A stretch of 64,000 nt of DNA from positions 2,512 through 66,511 of IMG/VR virus record IMGVR_UViG_3300037243_000030, one strand, 5' to 3'. The translations under genes were made by a program, and so were the position numbers. Shown one piece after another: positions 1 through 8,312 of the stretch. Source of the stretch: a virus (lineage: Duplodnaviria; Caudoviricetes). Within the stretch, counting starts at the first letter, position 1; every line of letters starts with the position of its first letter. The notes beneath the pieces were generated by a model that was given only the letters and a program-made list of their open reading frames with translations, was not told the DNA's origin and searched no databases.

Positions 1-319
1 TGGCATACATACCAGTTTTACGGATGGCCGGCAGAATTTCATCTGCAACTTTAGCCTGGAAAAATTCTGCGGTTTCGTTCTTGGCTTTCATTGCTAGGCG
101 GTAGAAGATGTTTTCGGGGATAAAATCGTCTTTCCCAACTTGTTGGGAAAATCCTAATTCACTAAGAAAACCGTAAACCGTCTCCCACCGAACATATTCA
201 GTCCCGTTCTTGGTTTGAGTAAAACCCAATCCTCTCGCCACATCTTCCAGATTTAACTGAGCAACACCGTTTTCATCAATAAACCCACGAACACCCGAAA
301 TTGTGATTAACTCGTTCGT
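1..319 (-). CDS. BRO-N family phage antirepressor (3' end beyond window; apparent ACG start)
   Basis: Manual translation xNELITISGVRGFIDENGVAQLNLEDVARGLGFTQ...FIPENIFYRLAMKAKNETAEFFQAKVADEILPAIRKTGMYA; SD GGAGGAG 6 nt before ACG at 319-317. Confidence 0.85.
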
Positions 320-348
320 AAATATCTCCTCCCCCTCTTTTTTTTGCA

Positions 349-546
349 TCAGCCAGTTAATCCGCCGCCGTCAATCCACTGAATCAATTTAGTTTTGTTA
401 ATACGGTAATGTTCTCTTGCCGGGCGCAATCCCAATTTAACCGCAGCTGGAAAGTCATCTGTTTTAACTATTTTTAGCATTTTAGCATAAGACACTCCGA
501 GAATTTCAGCGGCTTCACGCACTTCTATAAGCTCCATTTTATCCAC
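349..546 (-). CDS. Small HTH DNA-binding protein (excisionase/Cro-like)
   Basis: 65 aa, EAAEILGVS...YRINKTKLIQWI pattern; divergent from the repressor. Confidence 0.75.
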   Translation of the reverse strand: MDKMELIEVREAAEILGVSYAKMLKIVKTDDFPAAVKLGLRPAREHYRINKTKLIQWIDGGGLTG

Positions 547-599
547 ATTTGCACCTCCTTGTTCGCTTATTGGAATAACTTGTACGATAATCTAACGTT

Positions 600-627
600 A
601 TTTTATCACGTTTAGCGATAATGTCAA
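600..627 (-). promoter_or_regulatory. Lytic promoter with overlapping operator-like palindrome
   Basis: Minus strand TTGACA-N16-TAAAAT; spacer region TTATCGCTAAACGTGATAA is a partial palindrome. Confidence 0.65.
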
Positions 628-805
628 TAATAATTTGCCATATTTTTATTACTTTTAACGAAAAGGAAAAGGGCATAGAGTTAACGAATAATTTCTATAT
701 AAAATGTTAATAATTATTACGATATTATATGCTATAAATATTGTTTATAGCGAACAGGTTTTTTATCTCAATAAGCGAAAATAATAGCAGAAAGATGGGA
801 ATAAT

Positions 806-1207
806 ATGAAAAACGTTATAAATTCAGGAGGATTAAAAGTGAAATTTCGAGGCGAGAAATTATTGCGGCTTCGGGATGAAAAGGGTCTGACAATGCAAGA
901 CCTTGAAGAAATTAGCGGTATTAGTCAGAGCACCATTTCCGAGCTAGAAAATGGAGTTAAAAAAAATCCTCGCACAAAAACCATTGAGGCTTTGTGCAAG
1001 GCGTTGAAAGTTGACGATTATTATTTTTACTTAGATGAGGCAAAACTTCCAACAGATTTACTGCCGGATCTTCCCGACGACGTTAAAAGATTTCTTTTTT
1101 CAGGAACTAGCGTTCCGTATATTGTTTTAGCGGAGGAAGCAAAACGAGGTGGCATTTCACCCGAAAAACTTAAACAACTAATTGATTTTCTCTCAGAATC
1201 GAAGTAG
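806..1207 (+). CDS. XRE-family phage repressor (likely start GTG 839)
   Basis: HTH_3 pattern LRLRDEKGLTMQDLEEISGISQSTISELENG; AGGAGG before GTG 839. Confidence 0.85.
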   Translation: MKNVINSGGLKVKFRGEKLLRLRDEKGLTMQDLEEISGISQSTISELENGVKKNPRTKTIEALCKALKVDDYYFYLDEAKLPTDLLPDLPDDVKRFLFSGTSVPYIVLAEEAKRGGISPEKLKQLIDFLSESK

Positions 1208-1349
1208 TCGCATTGGCGGCTACCTCTTCTTTTTTTTGATCACTGTATAAAGTTAGAAATTCGTCCACATACTTCTTATCAACTACAAAATTTCCGTTTC
1301 TACGTTTCAGCCACTTAGCAATACCTAAATCTTCAACACAGTAACCCAT
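1170..1349 (-). CDS. Small hypothetical protein (59 aa) convergent on the repressor
   Basis: AGGAGG-N6-ATG; MGYCVEDLGIAKWLKRRNGNFVVDKKYVDEFLTLYSDQKKEEVAANATTSILRENQLVV; not in ORF track. Confidence 0.5.
   Translation of the reverse strand: MGYCVEDLGIAKWLKRRNGNFVVDKKYVDEFLTLYSDQKKEEVAANATTSILRENQLVV
1204..1237 (+). terminator. Intrinsic terminator after repressor
   Basis: GTAGTCGC-ATTG-GCGGCTAC hairpin followed by a T-rich run. Confidence 0.55.
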
Positions 1350-1445
1350 AGTGCGCCTCCTAAAAATAACTTCCGGTCGAGTGCATGCTCCGCTTTAACT
1401 TATTATTGTTATTCTATATAAATTATTAATTACCTATCGTTCCTT

Positions 1446-2705
1446 TTGGAAAAATTTCGACAAATTATTTCAAAACAGGAGGATATCGTGGACAAAAAAC
1501 CAAAGCGGGCAAATGGCGAAGGCACAAAAATGAAGTGGAATGAGAAGCGACAAAAGTGGGAACAACAAATTTCTATCGGCGGCAAACGCCCTACTCTTCG
1601 CGCTGATTCACAAAACGAACTTCGTAAGATGATATTAATCGCCCAGGGCGACGATCAGAGAGGAACATATATTAAGCCATCTAAGGAATTATTTAAAACC
1701 TATCTCGACAACTGGCTTAAATCAAAGAAACTCAGTGTAAAACTTACGACGTGGAAGCCCTACAGTGTATTAGTTCGGCTTCATATAGAACCGGAAATTG
1801 GCAATACTTCGCTACAAAAACTAACTCGCCAGAATATTCAAGATGTACTATTAAAAAAATCCGAAACGCATAAAGCATCCACAGTGCGCCAAATGGCTAT
1901 GATAATTAAAAACTCATTGGAATTGGCCGTAACCGACAAAAAAATATTGCAAAGTCCTTATTCAAAAATTGAACTACCACAAATTATATTGCGGAAGGTT
2001 GACGTACTGACCACTGAAATTATAGAAGCCCTTTTGAAAGTTTGTTTTAAAACTAGAATTTATCCTGTAACATATCTAAATTTGTCTTGTGGTATGCGTC
2101 GGGGCGAAATATTAGGTCTAAGCTGGAAAAATGTTTTTTGGGATTCTTCCGAAATTGAGATAGAAAAACAATGGGTTCTTGAAAACGGAATGCCCTGCTG
2201 GCACGAGGAACCTAAGACAGATTCCGGTTTTCGCAGAGTAGAAGTACCACCCGAAATTATAACCATGCTGGAAACTTGGCGGTCAAACAAACCAAACGAC
2301 ATATATGTATTTCAGGCAAAAAACGGACTCCCGCAACATCCCGGCAACTTCCGGCGCGATTTCAAAAGATGGGTTAGGGCCGCGCAAAAATTAATCAACG
2401 AAAACCGAAAAAAAGAAAACCCGGACGCCGAATTAATTAATATTGATGCCATCCGATTCCACGATATTAGGCATAATTACGGTACCCAACTTGCCGCGAG
2501 AAAAATTCATCAGCGATTAATAGAGTCGCAAATGGGTCACAAGGATTATCGTAGCTCCCGCAGGTATATTCACGCTACGAAAGAAGGCAAACAGGAAGCC
2601 GCCAGTGCAATTTCGGATGCAATGAAAAGCATCCAAAAACCTAGTTGCACCCAAATTGCATCCACAAAGAAAAAAGCCTCAGAGACAAAGTCCCTAAAGC
2701 CTTGA
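1446..2705 (+). CDS. int: Tyrosine integrase (likely start GTG 1488)
   Basis: Catalytic set: GMRRGEILGL (R), EPKT (K), FHDIRH (HxxR), MGH, RRYIH (Y). Confidence 0.97.
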   Translation: MEKFRQIISKQEDIVDKKPKRANGEGTKMKWNEKRQKWEQQISIGGKRPTLRADSQNELRKMILIAQGDDQRGTYIKPSKELFKTYLDNWLKSKKLSVKLTTWKPYSVLVRLHIEPEIGNTSLQKLTRQNIQDVLLKKSETHKASTVRQMAMIIKNSLELAVTDKKILQSPYSKIELPQIILRKVDVLTTEIIEALLKVCFKTRIYPVTYLNLSCGMRRGEILGLSWKNVFWDSSEIEIEKQWVLENGMPCWHEEPKTDSGFRRVEVPPEIITMLETWRSNKPNDIYVFQAKNGLPQHPGNFRRDFKRWVRAAQKLINENRKKENPDAELINIDAIRFHDIRHNYGTQLAARKIHQRLIESQMGHKDYRSSRRYIHATKEGKQEAASAISDAMKSIQKPSCTQIASTKKKASETKSLKP

Positions 2706-2946
2706 TATTACTGGTGGAGATAAGCGGGATCGAACCGCTGACCTCTTGAATGCCATTCCTGAGTTCTTGACTTTTATTTATTTAAGTAATAATTTAATCG
2801 ATATTCGCGTTATTACTGCATTCGCTGATTCAATAGTTATGCGGCTTTTATCAAATTAATCACTATCGCTATTTGCGTTAATTATCTTTAATGTTATCGT
2901 GTTAATTAAAGATGCGCTGACATTGCATCCAAAATTGCATCCAAAG
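2611..2946. other. attP site (core plus arm-type repeats)
   Basis: tRNA-derived core at 2712-2758; TTGCA(C/T)CC(A/G)(A/C)A repeats at 2611-2622 (inverted), 2645-2655, 2656-2666, 2923-2934, 2935-2946. Confidence 0.85.
2712..2758 (-). pseudogene. 3' half of tRNA-Ala(GGC), used as att core
   Basis: Minus strand GAATGGCATTCAAGAGGTCAGCGGTTCGATCCCGCTTATCTCCACCA: anticodon loop GGC, T-arm GGTTCGATCCC, CCA end; 5' half absent. Confidence 0.9.
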
Positions 2947-3033
2947 TTATATCAGCGCCACCACCACCAGCCCCACCAGATCAATCGCAAACACACTCAC
3001 AAAAAATATCGCAACATCCTGCATCGGTATCAT
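2947..3033 (-). CDS. Small hydrophobic peptide (28 aa)
   Basis: MIPMQDVAIFFVSVFAIDLVGLVVVALI; GGAG upstream; ATGA overlap with the previous stop. Confidence 0.45.
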   Translation of the reverse strand: MIPMQDVAIFFVSVFAIDLVGLVVVALI

Positions 3034-3233
3034 GCCTGTATCTCCAGTTGCCGCCGCGCCTGGGCCGTAGTAGTTACCAGGGTTATCCGGGCCTTGCGGA
3101 TTCTTTCGGGCGTGTTGTCCGGGGCGTACTCATAAATGGCGATTTTATCCAGGCCGAACGCTCCTAAGAAAGGTATGTTTTGCCGTTCACATTCACTCAC
3201 AATTTCATCCATCATTGTGTGAATTTTTCCCAT
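3030..3233 (-). CDS. Hypothetical protein
   Basis: 67 aa, GGAGG RBS. Confidence 0.65.
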   Translation of the reverse strand: MGKIHTMMDEIVSECERQNIPFLGAFGLDKIAIYEYAPDNTPERIRKARITLVTTTAQARRQLEIQA

Positions 3234-3346
3234 GCTTATCCCTCCATTTTATTAACTTACCGCAACCCTGTTTCCGGGAAAGGGACAACTTTTTTATGCG
3301 GGTTTTGGGCTTGTTTATATACGTCTGGACGAATACCAGGCGTACA

Positions 3347-3586
3347 TCAATTAAAAAACTGGCTGATGCGTTGATATGCAGTTATAAAGTTGTCAAGCAA
3401 TCCAATTGCCATATATAAGAACACAGTAAAGGCTGCAAAGAACCCGGCTTTTTGAATCAAATTCGCCATGCGCCCATTACCAAAAACGGACATTAACCCT
3501 GCACCGACCACGCTTACCAACCCTATACCTATCAATGTTTTTATATCAATTAAGAAACTTGCTGGCTGCATAATTCTTCCCTCCAT
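3347..3586 (-). CDS. Small 2-TM membrane protein, SpoIIIAC/AD-like by eye
   Basis: Two hydrophobic helices separated by G...MANLIQKAGF, resembling the SpoIIIAC layout. Confidence 0.6.
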   Translation of the reverse strand: MEGRIMQPASFLIDIKTLIGIGLVSVVGAGLMSVFGNGRMANLIQKAGFFAAFTVFLYMAIGLLDNFITAYQRISQFFN

Positions 3587-4014
3587 TTATTCACTAACTC
3601 GTCATTGATAATTAAAACCGAATCCCCCGGCAACTTAAACCCCCTTTCGCTTATCCTGATTTCCTTGTTTGCCCCGGTGATCGTGTTAGTCACCGTACAT
3701 ATGCCACTGTCATAATCCATTGTTATACGCTCCCAACTCTTAGCATGACGCATAAGCCACAGCCGCGCCCAATTGGCTGCTATACGCCTAAGTGGATAAG
3801 CTACAGCATCGTGATAATAGAAATATGGCAACGTCTGATTACAACATTTGATTTTACCATTTGCCGATAATGCTTTTAATCGCCTTTGCGCCACTCGCGA
3901 GGAAGGGAAGGCCAAAAGGGTTAATTGCTGAGTGTCCAACACCCCCCACTCTGTCAGTATCGCTATCACCTTTGCATTCCGCTCGAAGCATTCCCGGCGA
4001 AAATTGGTCGACAA
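3550..4014 (-). CDS. Replication-relaxation (Replic_Relax)-like protein, short
   Basis: N-terminal wHTH pattern VLDTQQLTLLAFPSSRVAQRRLKAL; position after FtsK. Confidence 0.7.
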   Translation of the reverse strand: MSTNFRRECFERNAKVIAILTEWGVLDTQQLTLLAFPSSRVAQRRLKALSANGKIKCCNQTLPYFYYHDAVAYPLRRIAANWARLWLMRHAKSWERITMDYDSGICTVTNTITGANKEIRISERGFKLPGDSVLIINDELVNKWREELCSQQVS

Positions 4015-5056
4015 TCGGTATCACCTCCGGGTCGAGATATGGGGATTGAATCAACATAAGATCACAGCCCACTCGTAAATACCCCCTGCCGGGAACAGCT
4101 GGTAACCCCGCCGCCTCACCGCTATCCATTATTACCCGACTATCGACTTCGCTTTTTGTGCGAAAACAGAGCGTTCCTCCAAAGTTGGCCTTTGCGTCCC
4201 CGAACGATTTGCTGCCGAATATCTTACTGCTGGGCCGTTGAGTCGCCGCCACTATGCAAATTCCAGATGCCCGGCATAACCGGAGCAGTGTTTCAAGATC
4301 TTCCTGCGCGTCTTTATCTTTCAATTCCGCCAACTCATCTATAACCAAAACTATGTACTGCATTTTGCCGCCGTGTTGGTGGTATTTTTTTATATCGACG
4401 CAACGGGACTCTTTCAAGAGCAACTGCCGGGATCGCATTTCCTGAACCAACCGGGCAAGGCATTGGCATGTGGATTCCTGCTCTGTGACCAATAAAACGC
4501 GGTTTTCGAGGTAGTTGTACTCGCTCATTTTTAAGTCAACCACAACGACCACAGGCGGCTCCTGTAGGCTTAACAATGAATTAACGATGACATGTATCGC
4601 ATTGGACTTACCCCCGCCCGTAGTACCACCAATCAGCATGTGCGGTAATTTTGCGATGTCGATAACTTCTAATCCTCCGGCAGAATATCCGATTGGAATC
4701 GGTAGTATCCCTTTGCGCGGATAATCAAAACTGTATTCGAAATAGTCTCCTAATAAATTCGTGCTAATTTGCAATATCGCCATTTTACCGGATTGACTGA
4801 TAGCGACGTTGACCTTGTTCCCTCCAGCAGAGTCCCGGAAATAATCCAACTTACTATAGAAATCCTTAAAGTTGATCCCCGCCGGCAACGCAATCGTGAA
4901 CATATACCCGTTTGCGGTTTTTTTTCGTTCGTGGATCTGTGGACGTTTATCCTCTGCCCAGAGTGCTTCGATGGTTTCTGTGACTGACAAGGGGATTTGC
5001 TGGCCTAACATGGGGAGTATCCCGGCGCGAACGTCGTGAATGATTTCAGTAAGCAT
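3854..5056 (-). CDS. FtsK/SpoIIIE family ATPase (start 5056, not 5155)
   Basis: PHMLIGGTTGGGKS (Walker A), VLVIDELAEL (Walker B), ATQRP; SD GAGGTG upstream of MLTEII. Confidence 0.92.
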   Translation of the reverse strand: MLTEIIHDVRAGILPMLGQQIPLSVTETIEALWAEDKRPQIHERKKTANGYMFTIALPAGINFKDFYSKLDYFRDSAGGNKVNVAISQSGKMAILQISTNLLGDYFEYSFDYPRKGILPIPIGYSAGGLEVIDIAKLPHMLIGGTTGGGKSNAIHVIVNSLLSLQEPPVVVVVDLKMSEYNYLENRVLLVTEQESTCQCLARLVQEMRSRQLLLKESRCVDIKKYHQHGGKMQYIVLVIDELAELKDKDAQEDLETLLRLCRASGICIVAATQRPSSKIFGSKSFGDAKANFGGTLCFRTKSEVDSRVIMDSGEAAGLPAVPGRGYLRVGCDLMLIQSPYLDPEVIPIVDQFSPGMLRAECKGDSDTDRVGGVGHSAINPFGLPFLASGAKAIKSIIGKW

Positions 5057-5167
5057 ATTCGTGGTATATTCACCTCGTTTCTGTTTTTCTAATCCTATTG
5101 TATTCGCGTGCGTCGAATATTTGCTTGTACCCAATAAAATTATTTTCGGAGACAAAAAAAGACCCGT

Positions 5168-5365
5168 TTAAGGGGTTTCCTCAAACAGGTCGTTTATCGT
5201 GCAGTTTAATCGTTTGGCAATCTGCCACGCATTATCTAGGTCGGGTTGTCGCTTCTGGTGCTCCCAGAGATTATATTGACCGACGGAATATCCCAACAGT
5301 GCGGAAAACTCCGTCTGATTCATTTCGTATTTAAATCGGTAATGTTTTAATCTGTTTTTTAACAT
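5168..5365 (-). CDS. XRE-family HTH regulator
   Basis: MLKNRLKHYR...NQTEFSALLG...WEHQKRQPDLDNAWQIAKRLNCTINDLF. Confidence 0.9.
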   Translation of the reverse strand: MLKNRLKHYRFKYEMNQTEFSALLGYSVGQYNLWEHQKRQPDLDNAWQIAKRLNCTINDLFEETP

Positions 5366-5440
5366 ACTAGGATATTCGACGGTTGGTAAAATATTCCTGC
5401 CGTAGATGAATATAGATGATTGTTAGATAAACTTTAGATG

Positions 5441-5469
5441 AAAAAAAGCCCCCACCTTTCGGCAGGGGC
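5441..5469 (-). terminator. Terminator at end of late/lysis operon
   Basis: GCCCCTGCC-GAAA-GGTGGGGGC-TTTTTTT. Confidence 0.8.
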
Positions 5470-5481
5470 AGTAAAGGGGAG

Positions 5482-5913
5482 CTAATTAATTGTGACCGTT
5501 ACAATCGAATCAGGTCGCGAATTGAAAACATCTATACAATTGTTTGCAGTTAGTGCGTACCCTTTTGTTTGTTCACCATTCAACTGCACAGATTGTACAT
5601 TTTGTACATTTACACCGTCCGGAAGCCAGTAAATCCCGGCCCCGTCGATATTCTTCAGAGTCAATGTTTTATAGCACGTTTGTTCGACGGTCTGCGTGGC
5701 TGGTGGCGGCGGCATTACCTGCCTGCCGGTATGAATGGATGCGTTAGTTGATAAAACTTGTCCTGCGGCAACCTGTGGCGTCTGACACGGTTTTGCGATA
5801 ACTGCTGCCGCCTGTGGCATCGGCTGGTTGTAATTATAGGCCGCAAGACCCACAATTAATGCCGCCAGGACAAGTACGACAAAAATTAGGTATTTTTTTT
5901 TCATTAAGCTCAC
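5482..5913 (-). CDS. Exported or membrane-anchored hypothetical protein
   Basis: KKKYLIFVVLVLAALIVGLAA N-terminus, Pro/Gln linker, small beta domain. Confidence 0.7.
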   Translation of the reverse strand: MSLMKKKYLIFVVLVLAALIVGLAAYNYNQPMPQAAAVIAKPCQTPQVAAGQVLSTNASIHTGRQVMPPPPATQTVEQTCYKTLTLKNIDGAGIYWLPDGVNVQNVQSVQLNGEQTKGYALTANNCIDVFNSRPDSIVTVTIN

Positions 5914-6379
5914 CTCCTAACGCAATAAACAAATCCTTCGGCGTTATGCAGTAAGCCGGGACTCTAGGTAATATTTTGACCATCCCTTTTCTTAATCCCA
6001 AAGTGATAGTCTCACTACAGTCATAACGCCAATGCCATTTTTTATGAATAATCCGATGAAACACATCATAAATCATCCCGGCGAAACACGATCCTAGCAG
6101 ACTATATTTGCAACCAATCAACGATCGCCATTTCCTGGACGCTGCCGGAAGGTCGGGAACATTAACCGAAATCATTTCAGTGCGGCACTTGTCGTATTTG
6201 TGGACATCCTCAGACACGACAACACCGCTGCCGAGCGCTTCCAGTATGCCATTAAACATCAGCACCCCAACGTGTACCGGCCAATCGCCGCCCTCGGCAA
6301 ACGTGACCGCATCATCAATTATAGTGTCGGCCACGCTATCCCGATGGGCGAATACAAATAGAACGTTTACTTTACTCAC
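5834..6379 (-). CDS. Permuted papain-like amidase (YaeF/YiiX, NlpC/P60 superfamily)
   Basis: N-terminal HVGV, EAL-GV, IG-KY, and C-terminal DCSE catalytic Cys. Confidence 0.75.
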   Translation of the reverse strand: MSKVNVLFVFAHRDSVADTIIDDAVTFAEGGDWPVHVGVLMFNGILEALGSGVVVSEDVHKYDKCRTEMISVNVPDLPAASRKWRSLIGCKYSLLGSCFAGMIYDVFHRIIHKKWHWRYDCSETITLGLRKGMVKILPRVPAYCITPKDLFIALGGELNEKKIPNFCRTCPGGINCGSCGL

Positions 6380-6393
6380 GGTATCACTCCCAA

Positions 6394-6945
6394 TTAGAGA
6401 GAAGCTAATTTCTGCTCAATTTCCGCGATAGCGTTCGACGCGCCATTGCTGGCCAGAGTGATCAGCGCCCGCAGGATAATTACTTCGGACGGGTCGCGGA
6501 CATCTTTGACGTACAAGGATTTTGAATTGCCGGCTTCTTCGGCTTCCAATTCGGTAATTTTGTTATTGGCTTTCTGAATTAATTGTGACAGATAGCTGCC
6601 GCTATTGGTGGTATCCAATTGACTCACGACGGCCTGACTTACGGTGGATTCTACTTGCTTAACGGCAGCCTGTCCTGCTGTTGATTCAAGGGCTTCTTTG
6701 GCGTCCATTTCGGCTGTTTTTAAATCGAGATTCATACTAAACACTCCCTTAATTTTTTTTATAATCAGGCAACCCAATTGCCGGATTACTGTGGTAATAG
6801 ATTCCTCTTGCGAGGAGTTGGCCATCTCTGATTCTATGGCCTCGATAATTCGTTGTTTGGCAATCGAAATGTCGGTTTGGACTTCAGGCATTTCGAATAT
6901 GGCCAGAACGATAGCACGAAGAGCGATAAAGCTCATTTGACTCAC
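6394..6945 (-). CDS. Hypothetical protein (possibly two genes; internal RBS and ATG at 6735)
   Basis: 183 aa; AAGGGAG-N8-ATG inside the ORF. Confidence 0.65.
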   Translation of the reverse strand: MSQMSFIALRAIVLAIFEMPEVQTDISIAKQRIIEAIESEMANSSQEESITTVIRQLGCLIIKKIKGVFSMNLDLKTAEMDAKEALESTAGQAAVKQVESTVSQAVVSQLDTTNSGSYLSQLIQKANNKITELEAEEAGNSKSLYVKDVRDPSEVIILRALITLASNGASNAIAEIEQKLASL

Positions 6946-6948
6946 TTC

Positions 6949-7722
6949 CTAGTTGGGCATATTAGGTAATTTTACTGTGATTGCTTTGTCAGTACCGGAT
7001 AATACTACCACCGGACTCCCCAACACTCTTGGAGTCATCGCTTTTTTAACTGGATATGGATCTCTTCCTTGGTAACTACCACCGGCAATGAAATGACGAA
7101 CCACATTAATCATGTGTTTGTTCTGCATGTCTCGCCGGAACCACGATAACGGAAACCATATCGGCTGATGGGAGTGACCTTGGAAATAAAAATCAGCATC
7201 ACACACATTCGGCAATTTTGCCAAGGCATTTGCGATGCTGCCAACCATTGAACCATTTGAAGATCCATGCACGCCATATCCGGTATATACCGATGGTTTG
7301 CCATGATTGCCGTAACCTACCGAAAGCGAGATACATATCTCATCATCGAAGAATTTGACATCTAAGAATTTACATAAATCCCGAACATCTGTATTATCTT
7401 CTGCCGTCCGGTCATCATGGTTGCCGGAACAGGCTCCGATAATTTTATCTTTGATTGGCGCCAACTTATCAGACAAATAATATTTTTGTTCGCCTGGTGG
7501 AATGGCCTGGTGGTAAACGTTTCCGACTTTATGGTTTTTAAGATCGCGCTGGAACAGGTCGCCTGGAATAATCACCCTGGCAAAAGGATCTTCCTTGACG
7601 GCTAAAATATCATTGTCAAGGATTTTTTCTTGCCAGTTTTCACAGCCGACATGAATATCGGACATTATCATTAGGTTGAGATATGGAGCGTCTAAATAAG
7701 GTACTTCATATAGTTCCATCAT
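6949..7722 (-). CDS. Calcineurin-like metallophosphoesterase
   Basis: DIH, GDL, GNHD, HG, GHSH motifs. Confidence 0.88.
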   Translation of the reverse strand: MMELYEVPYLDAPYLNLMIMSDIHVGCENWQEKILDNDILAVKEDPFARVIIPGDLFQRDLKNHKVGNVYHQAIPPGEQKYYLSDKLAPIKDKIIGACSGNHDDRTAEDNTDVRDLCKFLDVKFFDDEICISLSVGYGNHGKPSVYTGYGVHGSSNGSMVGSIANALAKLPNVCDADFYFQGHSHQPIWFPLSWFRRDMQNKHMINVVRHFIAGGSYQGRDPYPVKKAMTPRVLGSPVVVLSGTDKAITVKLPNMPN

Positions 7723-8312
7723 TAATTACCAGGATGCGCTAAATACCAGTTTGCTTTACCTCTTAAAATCTCCCCACCACTTCCCCGGACGCCTGCAGGC
7801 GACAACATCCAGAAATCCCAGCGTTCGCAGTTACTAGCGGGACCATAAGTATTATTTGGATAACCAGTCGGATCAGGATACCCCGGATTATATCCGTCCA
7901 GATTGTCCCCCGCTTCAGCATGGGTCAAGAAATGCTGAATATCCAGAGGTACCTGCAGGGATTCCGACAATACTGCCATAACCTGGGCGATAGTTTCCAC
8001 CTGGGCGTCCGTAATTGGTTCGGGTCCGAAGTTCACTGTGGTGGCATTAAACATAGCCATGGCAGCCATTGCCACGGCTCCTGTGTTGCGGTAATACGTA
8101 TGCGCCAGCAGGGCCGCTAAATCATCAACCTCAGCGTATAAGCTGCCATCAGAATCAACCATTAAATGATAGTCTGGGAAGTGCTGCCCGTAATGTGCGG
8201 CACTCCAGTGGATATAAACTTTGACACATCTGTTTTCCCCGGCAGCTCGTGTTTCGAGTTTCGGTTTTGCGGCTAGGGCCATAGTTTTTAATTCTGATAG
8301 GGTTATTTTCAT
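7722..8312 (-). CDS. N-acetylmuramoyl-L-alanine amidase (Amidase_2-type endolysin)
   Basis: YIHWSA, YHLMV, HT..RNTGAV, HAE Zn-amidase pattern. Confidence 0.85.
   Translation of the reverse strand: MKITLSELKTMALAAKPKLETRAAGENRCVKVYIHWSAAHYGQHFPDYHLMVDSDGSLYAEVDDLAALLAHTYYRNTGAVAMAAMAMFNATTVNFGPEPITDAQVETIAQVMAVLSESLQVPLDIQHFLTHAEAGDNLDGYNPGYPDPTGYPNNTYGPASNCERWDFWMLSPAGVRGSGGEILRGKANWYLAHPGN

Noticed and set aside
2712-2758. Functional tRNA-Ala gene
   Set aside because: The 5' acceptor strand and D-arm are absent; it is an att core
5080-5400. Sporulation sigma (F/G) promoters for the FtsK module
   Set aside because: GAATA...TA elements resemble them, but spacing is inconsistent between the two sites; not supportable by eye
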